Positions 1-10,749 of a stretch of DNA of 64,000 nucleotides are shown piece after piece. The stretch's first letter is position 1; each line of letters begins with the position of its first letter. The position numbers were made by a program, and so were the translations under genes. Origin of the DNA: Eutreptiella sp. 'Long Island Sound 2002' (lineage: Eukaryota; Protista; Euglenida). The DNA lies in contig OZ038378.1 in assembly GCA_964036045.1 (NCBI GenBank), positions 10,602,001 to 10,666,000 on the forward strand, read 5' to 3'. The notes below the pieces were generated by a model that worked only from the letters and a program-made list of their open reading frames with translations, did no database searches and was not told the origin of the DNA.

Positions 1-3000
1 TCGTGCCATCTGGCCCGTCGACCAGCTGGGCTCGCGACAGTATCAATGTGTTCGGTGGCCCAATACTCCAGAGATCGATGATCCGTCAGGACCTCGACTC
101 GATTGGTGCCAACCCACGATTGGTACTTTTTTAAAGCACAGATGATGGCATATGTTTCTTGCTCACGCGGCGACCATTGCATTTGGCGTGGGGCTAGCTT
201 CCGAGACCAAAATGCAAGAGGGTAATGATCGCCGGTGGCCTCATCAACCTGTTCAAGGACAGCTCCGATCGCGTACCTAGATGCGTCGGTTCTAATGTAG
301 AAGGGTCGGTCAAATTGGGGCACATGCAACGTGGCGACTTCACAGAGGGCTGCCTTCAAGTGATGGAAGGCCTCCTCGCACTCGTCAGTCCACTTGACAC
401 GAACCTTTGAACCTGCCTTGCCCGCATCTCTCCCTACCTTCAATAATTCAGTGAGGGGGGCAGCAAATTTGGCATAATTCGGCACAAAAGTGTGGTAAAA
501 ATTGCAACAACCCAGGAATCCTCTCAACTCCGTGATCGTCTCAAGACGCTTCCACTTCTGAATAGCGACGAGCTTCCCTGGACTGGGTCGTCGGGTGCCA
601 TTCTCTAGGAGAGAACCACAAAATTCGACTGATTTTAAAAAAAATTTTCCCTTCTTTGGCCCACAAATCAGCTGATTGGCGTCAAGAATATCCAAAACTT
701 GGTTCAGCTGCTTCTCATGTAGGGCCACCAGCTCGGCTTCGGTCAGTCCCTCCCCCTCCGTCGCGATGATTATGTCATCTATGTACACACTCACAAAGGC
801 ACGAAGCTCAGGATGGGGTGTGAACAGCACATCCTCCATCATTCTTTGAAAAAATGAGGGGGCGTTCTTCAGCCCCATGGGCATGACGGTCCATTGGACT
901 GGGCCACATGGCGTGCACATACAGGTGAGAGGTCGGCTGTCCTTCCTCAACGGCATTTGGTGAAAGCCGTGACGGAGATCCAGCACAGAAAACAAACGAC
1001 CTCTTGCCCTCTTGGCGATTTCCTCCTCAATGAGGGGCAGGGGGTGTGAATCCGCCTTTGTTTCGGCGTTGAGGTTGCGAAAATCAACAACCATTCGCCA
1101 ACCATCAATGGTGTTCTGGTCTGCAGGCGGTGGCTTCGGGACTGTGAAGGGTGAACAGCACCATTCGCTGGTCATACAACCCTCAAGCCAACCAAATTCC
1201 CTGAGATTTCTCTCGATGATTTTTCTGAGTATCTCATGTTTGTGTCCATGATTTTCATAAGGGCGCTGTTTTTTTGCCTTATACCCTTCACGAAGCTCGA
1301 TGAAGGCTTCACTGAACTGTCCACGGACAGGGGGGTCTTTGATCAACTTTCCTGAAAGGGTTGTGTCCTTCCGTTCCTCAAAAATCTTCTCTCTTGACTT
1401 GAAACACAATTCAGTGTCCACCTGATCGCCAGGAATTACTGTCGAAAAAACTTTGGCGACTTCTTCGGCTTTGGCAGGAAGAATCTTCTTACGGATGTCC
1501 CTAAACAGGTCCGTATCAACTGCCTCTTGAAGATAGCTGGGTCGTGTGTCGAAATCCCAGAGATTCTCTTCGTGATCCAGCTCCTCGAAAGGATCCATGA
1601 AAGCTTCCACAGGGGGTTTTTCATAAAAAACTCTGAATTTGCGGCGCGATTGGAGATTTTTCCTCGCCCGTGCACTGAAGATTCTTTTCGATGTCGACCG
1701 TATTGGGGAAGAGGGAGACGAGGCGGATCCATTGGACGTTGAATCACCTTGGGTATCTGACGGACAAAAATCAGAAAAAATAAATTCATCATCAGTACCA
1801 CGCTCAACCTCAGATTCTGACCCAACACAAGAATCAGTACCAGAATCAGCAGAATTAGAGTCAGAAAGCTTTCCATCCACCAGGAATGCAAGCGAACTCC
1901 AGGGCCGCTGTGGCAGGGGACCTGTGTCGTCCCTGGCATACAGCTTAATCTTCCTGGGAAGTTCGATGTAATCTACACAAATGTCCTGTAATTCCTGAAA
2001 CCAAGGCTTGTCGTCCCACAAGGGCACAACTAAAATTGCCTGGGTTTTATCTTGCTTGATCTTGTGGATGACCTGCTGGATTAAGTGAAACGGAGGATTA
2101 ATCCACAACTTCTTGTCCCATTTGTGGGTCCAAGCGTCGCTGAAGTGCTTGTCAAAGCGCTTGTTCATACGGTTAGCAAAGGCATCATACTGTGGCCAAA
2201 AGGAATGGTGTTCATGAAAGTATTCACAAATTGCATCGCGCCATTTGTCGACAACTCTGTAGGATGAAGAGTGCCAGCGCGAAGGGCGTCGTGGCTGGGA
2301 GTCCCTACGAAGACATTCTAACTCTTGGGAGTAATCAGCACTCCCATTCACCTCTGCAATGGTGACATCTTCACCAAATTTTGGTGTCACCTTTTGCTTC
2401 AAAAATTCTTCTGCACTTTTAAACCCTGCGTGCAAAAAACGAAATTCAGGACGCTCCAAGGGACCTGACTCCAGCAAAAAACAACGACGATGACCTACGG
2501 GCGCTACCCTGTTCTTGCGAAGCCAAGGATGCCCCAAATAAAGGTCATACTTTATGTCAGCACGATAAAAGTAGTCATCCTTAAGGACAACTTCTTCCAC
2601 ATTTTGCTCTTCCCAAAGGTCTTGAGCGACCAAATGAGTTGATATATAACAACCGCGTTGCCCACCTGCGAGAGAATGTCCAGAAACTCCCTCAAGGGTA
2701 ACAGGATGAGGCGATTCAAACACGCAGTCATCGGGTAAGAATGAATTGGATTGGAGATTTACCTCTGATCCATTGTCACACAAACAAGTGGCGAGATGGA
2801 AATTTCCCTTGCAATCAGAGACCCACAGCTTTGTGACAAACTGACGGGCCCTGTGCTTGGACTGTACACCAACCTCGTCCACTACAACAGAAGGATCCGC
2901 TGCCGGATCCAGGGGAGAGGAGACAAGCGACCCTACATCAAGTAATGGTCGATCAGGAATTTGGGGATCATGCCTGAAATCGCCTGGGGAGGGGCGATTT

Positions 3001-3011
3001 TCGTGGCTCCC
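1..3011 (-). CDS. pol: Pol polyprotein (protease - Dam-like MTase - RT - RNase H), 3'-truncated by window edge
   Basis: Same frame as gag, open from 3011 to base 1 (missed by the ORF track because it has no stop in the window). Motifs: CLCDNGSEVNL (D at 2775-2777); WRMVVDFRNLN, FSVLDLRHGFHQ, MPMGLKNAP, YIDD (774-785); RNase H IRTDASRYAIGAVLEQ, EQETYAI, LTDHRSL. Confidence 0.93.
1880..2270 (-). other. Dam-like DNA N6-adenine methyltransferase domain within Pol
   Basis: Translation YDAFANRMNKRFDKHFSDAWTHKWDKKLWINPPFHLIQQVIHKIKQDKTQAILVVPLWDDKPWFQEL; DAFA at 2175-2186, NPPF at 2088-2099; matches the pattern of the DIRS1 MT / phage Dam family by eye. Confidence 0.85.
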
Positions 3012-6000
3012 CTAGGCGTTCTGACCTCCAGCGGCTGGGTTAACGTTGTGAACACAGCCTGATTCGTCGATCCACTCATCTTGGAACGGATCATCCGCTG
3101 GATTCAGGGCATTTTCGACATAATCTCGATCTGCATCGGACACCTGATCTGCACCTGAGACCTGATCCACACGATGATTGCCCTTTCCACGTCCACGGCC
3201 ACGGCCGCCGGATGATGGGCCACCACCGTCGCCACGCCCTCTGCCCTTACCAGAGAAAGGGGTTCCTGAAGGATTTCCCTTACCTTTACCCTGTGATCCT
3301 GGAGCATTTCCTTTGTTAGTACCGGATTGAGGGGTTTGGCCTGGATTTCGATTTCCGCCTCCGGCGTTGCCATTGGGACTTGTCTGGCCGTTTGGCTGCC
3401 CACCGAAGCCGGATGGAGTCCGATTTCCTTTGCCTTGGGACCCGCCAGGGCCTCCAGTGTTTTTGTTTCCACCGGAGGGGTTCGGATTACCCTTTCCCCC
3501 CTTAGCACCATGCACCTGTCTGTCATTCTTGTCTGAATTCTGCGAATTACTGACATTTTCACCAATCACCTTGTGATCGTAAGCAGACCATCGGTGATTA
3601 GCAGTAGAATGCGTCTTAGCTCGGTTCGTAGAACCTAAAAGAAGGCAGATGCTACAATGATCCTGAACATTCCGGGTGTCATTCACCTTTTTGTTGCCCT
3701 TTTGGGCCCCATTTTGGGTGTTTTGCTGGGTATTCTTGTTTCCCCCAAGACCCTCATGGAAATTTTGATTGGCGGCGTCAGCGAGCCTCTCAACCTCTTC
3801 CCACAGTTCCTGCGGGGTGAACGAAAACACCCAGTTCCTGGCCTTCAGGCGATGGCCGTGGAAACTTACTCCCCTGTTGAGGACTTGGACAAACAAGTCC
3901 CGATCCTCGTGTTCATTAAATTTGATTTTCCACGTGTTTTCAGTGAAATTCACCTTGGTAAACGACGTGGGGGAGCACTTTTGAAGTGCCTCCCTGACCG
4001 TAAACCTGTTGGCCGAGGCATCAAAGCCATCGACTTCCGCCCACCAGGTCTTGACCTTTTCTTCGGACTGTTTATTCCGAAGGGTGGCGGCGGTTTCAGA
4101 GGGGATCTTGTCAAAAATCAGATTTTTCAGCTCGGCACTAGAAAATTTTTCGCCTGAATGTTCAGATTCTTCTACGAGATTCCAGAAGCGCTGTCTCTTG
4201 TCTTGCACTTCGTGCAAGATTAATCGCGAGAACGAAGGAAAATTCTTCAACATCTGGTGGTAATGGTCCTCAGGCAGCCGGGATCCACGTACCTCCAATT
4301 GTTCCCACACCTCATCAAAGGTAAGGGGGGAACTTGAATCCTCACGATCACTCCAGGTCCTGAGCCAAGTGTTGGCCGGCGCTCCCTCAAGGCAGTCCAG
4401 GAGGGCCATCAGGAACTGATCATCCTGGAGCTTTTGAGTCTTAACCCACAGTTTAAATTCCCGTTGGAACTGAGGCCAACGTCTGGGGTTCCCATTATAC
4501 TTCGGTTGCTTGGCAACCTGACGAAGTCGCAATGAAGTGGGATTTAGAAGTGAATCCAGCCCAACACCGGCCGTAATGGCAGACACCTTGGCGGCATCAT
4601 TAGCCACACCAGCTCCGGCGAGGGTCTGGGCGAGCAACATCTGGGCTATTGCATTGGAATCAACAGCAGGAAGGGTAGTACGGGAGGCAGTTCGTTTGGC
4701 ATTCTGAACCTCAGTCCTAGCCTTCGCCGATCTACTCTGAGATCGAGAGATTGTAACCCTTTCCTTTAGCTTAGTCCTGCTGATCCTTGCGTCGGTGGTC
4801 TTAGAGTCCACCGAAGGAGCAATCGAAAAAATTTCTGTCGCCTCCTCCGACGGTTCTGTTGTTTGTTCCACCGATGATGCGCCCTCAGACCTCATGTGGG
4901 TCTTGAAAAGATCTTTAATTCCCAGCGTCTGAATGATGAGTTGCATTTGATCTTTGAGCAATTGGAGCTCAGTATCTCGCTGTAATCTGCAAGAGCAGTC
5001 GGCAGGACAGTACATACCGTGTCCTGAAGGGCCTGAGCAGGCTGTCGGACCGCTAATCTCAGTGGTTCGCAGCCAGGAGTCCACTTGGGGAGCTCCTTCA
5101 GTCCTAATTTCCAGGCTTGCCTGCCTAGCTGCCTCTAAAATTCCTTCCTCAACCGCGGCGACTAGATCGTCGCGGATGGAAACAGAGGGATGAGGGGCGG
5201 AGGGCCCGGCAACAGGTGCCTTGGTCTTCTCCTTCGGGAAGGGGCTTGCCTCCCAGATCTGCAAAAAAATGGCAAAAGATTCATCTTCTTGAGAACACCA
5301 CCACATCCTGGTATTAATTTCTTCTTGAAGGAGGAAAAAATATTCGAATAAAAAATCAGAGGCGATTCTTTCTTGACCTATCAGCCTAGACGTGGCTAAT
5401 AGACAAAGGGCCTCAAGCGCCTCAAGGTTACGGGTCACTTCGGAAGACAAATGGTTGTCCCATTGTGCCCATGAGGCTGGTCGATTATAGGTAGGTACCT
5501 CACCTGGACCACCCATCTCAATGTCGTCAATGTCGGCGTCGATGGTCTCAAAGTGTGGACATTGGTAGGGAGTATTAGTACCTGCCAGGTCCGTAAGCTC
5601 CACCGGAGCGTTGCCATTAGCGTAGGCTGGGAGATTCCAGCTGCTTGATGGCCAATTTCGACTGGGATCTTGATGGTAATCTGGGCCTCCACAGCTGCTG
5701 ATTTGTGCCCTTCTTGGGCAATTTGGGCTTGCGCAAGGCATTCCTCTCAAGGCCTCGTTCGCACAGCACCACGGCAGCGTAATCGTTACGTCTCCGGAGG
5801 TGGCGGAGTCTACGGGGCCGTACTGGGGAGCTAGCTGTGGTTGGGACACCATAGGAACAACATTCAGGTAGCCTCTGCTACCATGAAAGTGCTGCCCTGG
5901 GTCGTTGAGGGTGCCGGAGGGCTCGGGGCCGGCAAGACCAGTGGGGCAGGCACGCGAGGAGTCTCCCTGGATGTTGTTATTGGGGGTAGAACCGGACACT

Positions 6001-6047
6001 CGGACACCAACGGAGGCGAGAGCAGCAACAACTGAAGCAAGGTCCAT
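3012..6047 (-). CDS. gag: Gag-like polyprotein, 1011 aa
   Basis: Long ORF directly upstream of pol; capsid-like PKYNGNPRRWPQFQREF (~4460-4505), C-x2-C...H-x4-H cluster (~3590-3655), G/N/K and RG-rich C-terminus. Confidence 0.85.
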   Translation of the reverse strand: MDLASVVAALASVGVRVSGSTPNNNIQGDSSRACPTGLAGPEPSGTLNDPGQHFHGSRGYLNVVPMVSQPQLAPQYGPVDSATSGDVTITLPWCCANEALRGMPCASPNCPRRAQISSCGGPDYHQDPSRNWPSSSWNLPAYANGNAPVELTDLAGTNTPYQCPHFETIDADIDDIEMGGPGEVPTYNRPASWAQWDNHLSSEVTRNLEALEALCLLATSRLIGQERIASDFLFEYFFLLQEEINTRMWWCSQEDESFAIFLQIWEASPFPKEKTKAPVAGPSAPHPSVSIRDDLVAAVEEGILEAARQASLEIRTEGAPQVDSWLRTTEISGPTACSGPSGHGMYCPADCSCRLQRDTELQLLKDQMQLIIQTLGIKDLFKTHMRSEGASSVEQTTEPSEEATEIFSIAPSVDSKTTDARISRTKLKERVTISRSQSRSAKARTEVQNAKRTASRTTLPAVDSNAIAQMLLAQTLAGAGVANDAAKVSAITAGVGLDSLLNPTSLRLRQVAKQPKYNGNPRRWPQFQREFKLWVKTQKLQDDQFLMALLDCLEGAPANTWLRTWSDREDSSSPLTFDEVWEQLEVRGSRLPEDHYHQMLKNFPSFSRLILHEVQDKRQRFWNLVEESEHSGEKFSSAELKNLIFDKIPSETAATLRNKQSEEKVKTWWAEVDGFDASANRFTVREALQKCSPTSFTKVNFTENTWKIKFNEHEDRDLFVQVLNRGVSFHGHRLKARNWVFSFTPQELWEEVERLADAANQNFHEGLGGNKNTQQNTQNGAQKGNKKVNDTRNVQDHCSICLLLGSTNRAKTHSTANHRWSAYDHKVIGENVSNSQNSDKNDRQVHGAKGGKGNPNPSGGNKNTGGPGGSQGKGNRTPSGFGGQPNGQTSPNGNAGGGNRNPGQTPQSGTNKGNAPGSQGKGKGNPSGTPFSGKGRGRGDGGGPSSGGRGRGRGKGNHRVDQVSGADQVSDADRDYVENALNPADDPFQDEWIDESGCVHNVNPAAGGQNA

Positions 6048-6158
6048 GCTGATTGTGGTCCGGCAGAAAATCCCAGTCTATGAAGAAAATTGAGGGGAAT
6101 TATTCTAAATACATCTGAGTGTCCAAAACTGTCTGAAAAGATTTAAATAATCCAATTA

Positions 6159-6415
6159 TGTAAAAATGTTTGGCCGATCTGGCCCGCGAGCGCGCGTCAG
6201 CGGCAAATGGCGATTCCAGCTAAAATAGCGGAGCGCGGCGGATTTACGGGAAATGGAGCGCGGAATCAAATCCGGCATATCAGAAATATATAGGAAATAT
6301 CCTGTGACTGAGCTGCGAGGCGGCGATTCCGCCGAAGCAAAGAAAATGACCAAAATGTAGCCAATCTGGGCAGAATGTCTGAAAATCCGAGCAGATGGGG
6401 CTAGCCGCACTTACA
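6159..6415 (-). repeat. candidate 5' LTR (257 bp)
   Basis: Bounded by TGTAA...TTACA, CpG-rich, TATA-like CCTATATATTTC on the minus strand, just upstream of gag. Second LTR not in window, so unconfirmed. Confidence 0.35.
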
Positions 6416-8090
6416 CAGCCATGGGCCTTGGTATGCCCCATGGATTGACACTTGAAGGCCATCAAGACTTACTCCAAGGGTTACTCTACAAAGGTGGATG
6501 GTTTCCTACTATTTCGATGGTTTGACTTGATGGAGATTGTTACCGGATGGGACATCTCATATGCCTACAACTGATCTTGACTGGGGACGCGCTGAAGCGA
6601 TTGGTTTAAGTTAAAGAAGAATCTTTGAGCCAAATCAACTCATTGGTGTTCATTTGTTCAATTTTTGCATAGACACTCATATGTGAACTTTTGTATTAAT
6701 ATCTTAAGCAATTTGTGCTTCCTTTACGCTATTTTTTCAGCTGCTATCATTTGTTTTGTGTTGTCTTTGGTTTCAGGGTCAACACATCACACAAGTGCAT
6801 TATTGTGGTTGTTCGTTTGTTTACTATTTTTCTGTTTTTGTCCAAAAAAACCTTTTGGAAAAAAACACATATTTCTCCGGGTTCTCTTGGGAGAATCAGC
6901 CCCAGACCCACCCATTTTCTGGCTGGGTGTGTCTGGGCTTGGGAGGGAAGTGTTAACCCGGTAGAACTCTGTGCTGGTTAACACCCAACCCAAATGCTTT
7001 GCATTTTTGCCACCCAATTTTTTTGTTGCGCTACACCTTCTTTGTGCTTTTCAGCCTGAGATGTATCTCAGGACTTGGGAGGGGAGTGTAAGGTTTCCGT
7101 GCAACATATATTTTCCCTTTTTTCAGTGCAAAATCCTGATATATGTACACTCACAGAACTCCACGATCCCAGCACAATTTGGACAGCGTTGGTATCAGTG
7201 GATTAGGAATTTCTGTAGTTTCACATTGATGGTGTTTTCACCATTTTCTGTACTATAAAACTGAGTTTGGGTCGGCGACGGCCAGTCCTGAGATCGCGCG
7301 CGCCGATCCAGAAAATCTCGATTTTCTGACGATTTTTAAGAGTTTTCAATCACTTTTATTGCTTAGATTAATTGTATATCAGTTTCAAGCCTAAGCGGAT
7401 GTTACGGCAGCATCGCGGCGCCGTTCCGCGCTAGTTTTTTTGGCCCAAGTAGGCCATGTTCACGATTTTTTGTAAAACCGTAGGTAGCTCAGACCGTGAA
7501 GTTACATGCACCATATGACAGCCCATCAGTTGGGCTTTGCATGCATATGCTGATTGGGTTTCCAAACGCGTCAGTGCACCGGCACCGCGCGTTGGGGGGA
7601 GACCCGTGTTCATAGTGCATGTATGCATTGTTTTGCTTATATTACAATGTTATATTTCTGCTCAGAACATGTGAAAGGGATCGTTTCGAAATCCCTTCGG
7701 ATTTCGTGGTCATGACCTTGCCTTGTACGTCGTCGGTGTTGGGGATCTGAGGGAGGTTTGTTTGTGTTTTTTGGGGAAATGTTGGATGTATAGGCCAAAG
7801 CCTATTTGCAATGCAACAAAGGACTTCAAAAATTATTACATGTTAACCCGGTAGAACTATGTGGTGGTTGACACATACCGAAACATCGCATTCTATTCAT
7901 TTAGCCTACATTCAGCCATATCTGCAAAAATATCACAACAGCCACCGAAATCCAGCAAACCAACCATGCAGTTAGCAGGCCAACCACGAGAATGCCCGCC
8001 TTACCAACAGGCAAACAAACGCCGCACCGCCAAGAAAGCAATCATGCCCCGCACCGCCGCACCGCCAAACCCACACAGATTCGTTTGCCC

Positions 8091-9033
8091 TCAGTCAAGC
8101 GGCCAGTCGCCAAATCCACGTTCCACGTGCCCCTTGGCCTGCCTGCGCGCAACCGCAGCAGCAGACCGCTTACCACGTTTGCCTTTCGTGTGTTTGACCA
8201 CTCTAGCACCGGCGACCACCCTCAAGGCCCCGAAGGCCTCCTCCTCCTTACACATAAGAACAACTCGTGCGTCTTCTTCGGCCACATCCACGAACTCACT
8301 CAAACGCCCATACAGAATTTCTCTCGCTAACAGCCCTTTCCAGTCTTCAAGTGCGATCGCCGTGTCCATGTGTTGGTCTCTGAACGCCAGCGAGTAGCTC
8401 GAACCAAGTCGATCTTTGCCAGCAAGCACCTGCACCCGTGCTTCAATCTTCAGCGCCACGAAAGAATCCACAAAGCCCATCGCCGGCAGAGGATAACCAG
8501 TCGAATAACCCAAAGCCCGCAGTGCTTCCCATGTCAGAAATTCAATATCACGGCGAAAACCCAACTTCTCGTATCGTCGCTTCAAGGAGACGAACATCTC
8601 CGTAAGCAAACCTTCGGAAAAGCGCTGTTCAAGCACATAGAGACCCTTCCGGTGTTCACATTCAACAGCTTTGGTCGTCGCAAGCGTCGTGCAACAACTC
8701 TCTTCATACACCCAACAGCCATAGCAGATATTGTAGGCGCGCGGCAGCGCGCTCAGACACACACTATGAACTCAACAAGTCCTTGAACTCCGGCATTCAG
8801 CCCACTCCATGAGCGCAATCCGCCAGACTCAACTGCAGCAGCTTTGCCTGCAGCCACACAACCTCCGATGAGGGTTGGTTGTCCCCGCTTTCCTGTAGAG
8901 AGCACACCGCAGATGTCAGGTCACCACCGCGCAACGCGCAAATGAATGTGTCCTCCTTCATGCTCAGGCGGAGTGTCCCGCTCGCTGACGCTAGGACTGC
9001 TCTGCGCCGGCTTTGAGAGAGGGCTAAGTCCAC
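8091..9033 (-). pseudogene. disrupted coding-like segment of unknown family
   Basis: Adjacent 78-aa and 223-aa ORFs with protein-like composition separated by a stop/frameshift; no motif recognised. Confidence 0.25.
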
Positions 9034-10749
9034 GCAGCCCTCTAGCGCCGCTGAAGCGCGCCGTTACGTTTCGGCTATGCCGAGGTGCACGTCAGTGCCA
9101 TCATTTTCCTTGGGCAGGTCGTTGCGAAGCACGTTTGTAGATTGAAATCTGACCCGACTTGGTCCCGACTGAGGTCTATTCCTTGACCTTTGTTCCCACG
9201 GACACCGAGGCACAGGCAGTGATCCAAATACTTGATAGCATTTTAGATCACTAGACGTGATCTACAAACATGCCTGTGCAAAACACAGCAAACAGTCCTA
9301 AAATCCTGAAAAATGTACAAAACACTCAGAATACTATAAAGCCTAGAAAAATTATAAAAATTGTAGATTTTACCTAAGTTTTCTTCATAGCAAAAATTTA
9401 ATCCTACACACAATAATCGCAATGCGCGGCTACCATGTAGCATTTTCAGTCCGCGAACTCCGCGGGCCATTCAGCAGCCCATATTATAATAAAATTGTAT
9501 AATCTACAATAAAATTGGAAACGAAATAGGGAAGAGTATCTTCTACATTTGTGGATCCATTACAGGTTTCAATGAGCCCACTTTGCAGAACCATCACGTA
9601 TCAACCCAAAGGACCAATTTAAACCGAAAAATTGTTATGTTGGGCGATGACATAGCCATCAAAAGAAAGGGTCACCCACTTGGTTTTGTCAAATGCTTCT
9701 TCCAGAAAGGTCCTTGTGGCACGATTATTGTCTTGCACGATTCTTGTCTTGTGCATGTCCACTTGACAACGGTTGGATGCTTTCTTGTTCTTCACTCGGT
9801 TCTTGTTGTGCTCCTGTACGGCATTTTCCATGTTTGAATGTATTCAGGCACATCCTCTACTTCCCTTGCAGCCTGTGATGGGTAGTTGTGTTGTATCTAA
9901 ATTGGTGTGAAGTAACTTTGTGCCTCTACTAGCCAGTGCAACCCCCACTCTTCTCCACGCAATAGACGAAAGAAAATAGACACTGTTGTGAATGATAGGT
10001 TCCATGTTGTTGATCTATTGAGCGCTCCTCACTTGCTTTGTTGTGTTGCAAATGTCAACGTAACTAGTAAGGCCCTAATACAAGGTTTCGGAATGCCTCA
10101 TTTTAGAAGTTTAACTTCGGATTTCGCGGTCTTGGGCGAAGCACCTCCCTAACCTAGAAGTGTAGTTGACATTAGATTTTGAAAGCCCAGGTACATGCAT
10201 GTAACTGTTAAGAAGTTGATGACTAACTACATCTTGGGCTAACTTCGGCGGCCTAGCTACTTCCGGAAAAAATGCGGCCAAGCTTCTTCTGGAAAAAAAG
10301 CAAATTTGAAATTGTTTTGAATCTTGCAGATATTTGCCTCTCGTCCAATGATTTAGCTGTCCAAGAAAGCGGTGTTTAGGAACGACCATTTGTGGGTAGA
10401 TCGTAGACCGTTGGTGATGAGTGATGGTTAGAGAAGTGATGCTTGCTCTAGTTTTTTCCGCTCTCCCCACACTGTCTAAAGACGGCAAGACTCTTTGTGA
10501 CTTCCGAGGCACGACGTTGGTGTGTTGCATGCATTCCGCCCACATTACACCAATTGGTCCGTCAAACATGAAAATTCAGCAGGATTCAACATGGATTTAT
10601 TTGAAGACGTAAAAACTGCCCTCCACAAAGACTGCACTAGATTTGGTACTGTTGCCGTGGCGGCAATCCCAAATGGGCCATGCAAGAGATGGCGTTGCGA
10701 TCACTCTTGCTCAGCATTCGAATGCAACACGGTCGCATAGTTAGATGGC

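Larger units (their letters stand above)
1..6415 (-). mobile_element. Ty3/gypsy-type LTR retrotransposon (gag-TAG-pol), 3' part incl. integrase and 3' LTR outside window
   Basis: Gag ORF plus in-frame Pol with protease, RT and RNase H motifs in gypsy order; no frameshift found by manual translation of 6047 down to 1. Right boundary is tentative (candidate LTR). Confidence 0.92.

Noticed and set aside
1436-1971. ORFs 1436-1939, 1527-1742, 1639-1971 and other short ORFs over pol/gag
   Set aside because: Alternative-frame or antisense shadows of the long Pol and Gag frames.
1-6047. Calling the MTase-bearing element a DIRS retrotransposon
   Set aside because: It has an aspartic protease, gypsy-type RT/RNase H motifs and the MTase upstream of RT; DIRS lack protease and place MT after RNase H. 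Final proof needs the integrase region outside the window.
6420-6445. CCATGG...CCATGG hairpin and TGGGGCATACC as primer-binding site
   Set aside because: No tRNA 3' end match that I can support, and it lies outside the candidate LTR.
9619-9831. VTLSFDG as hAT catalytic motif
   Set aside because: Single short match with no supporting upstream or downstream motifs or TIRs.
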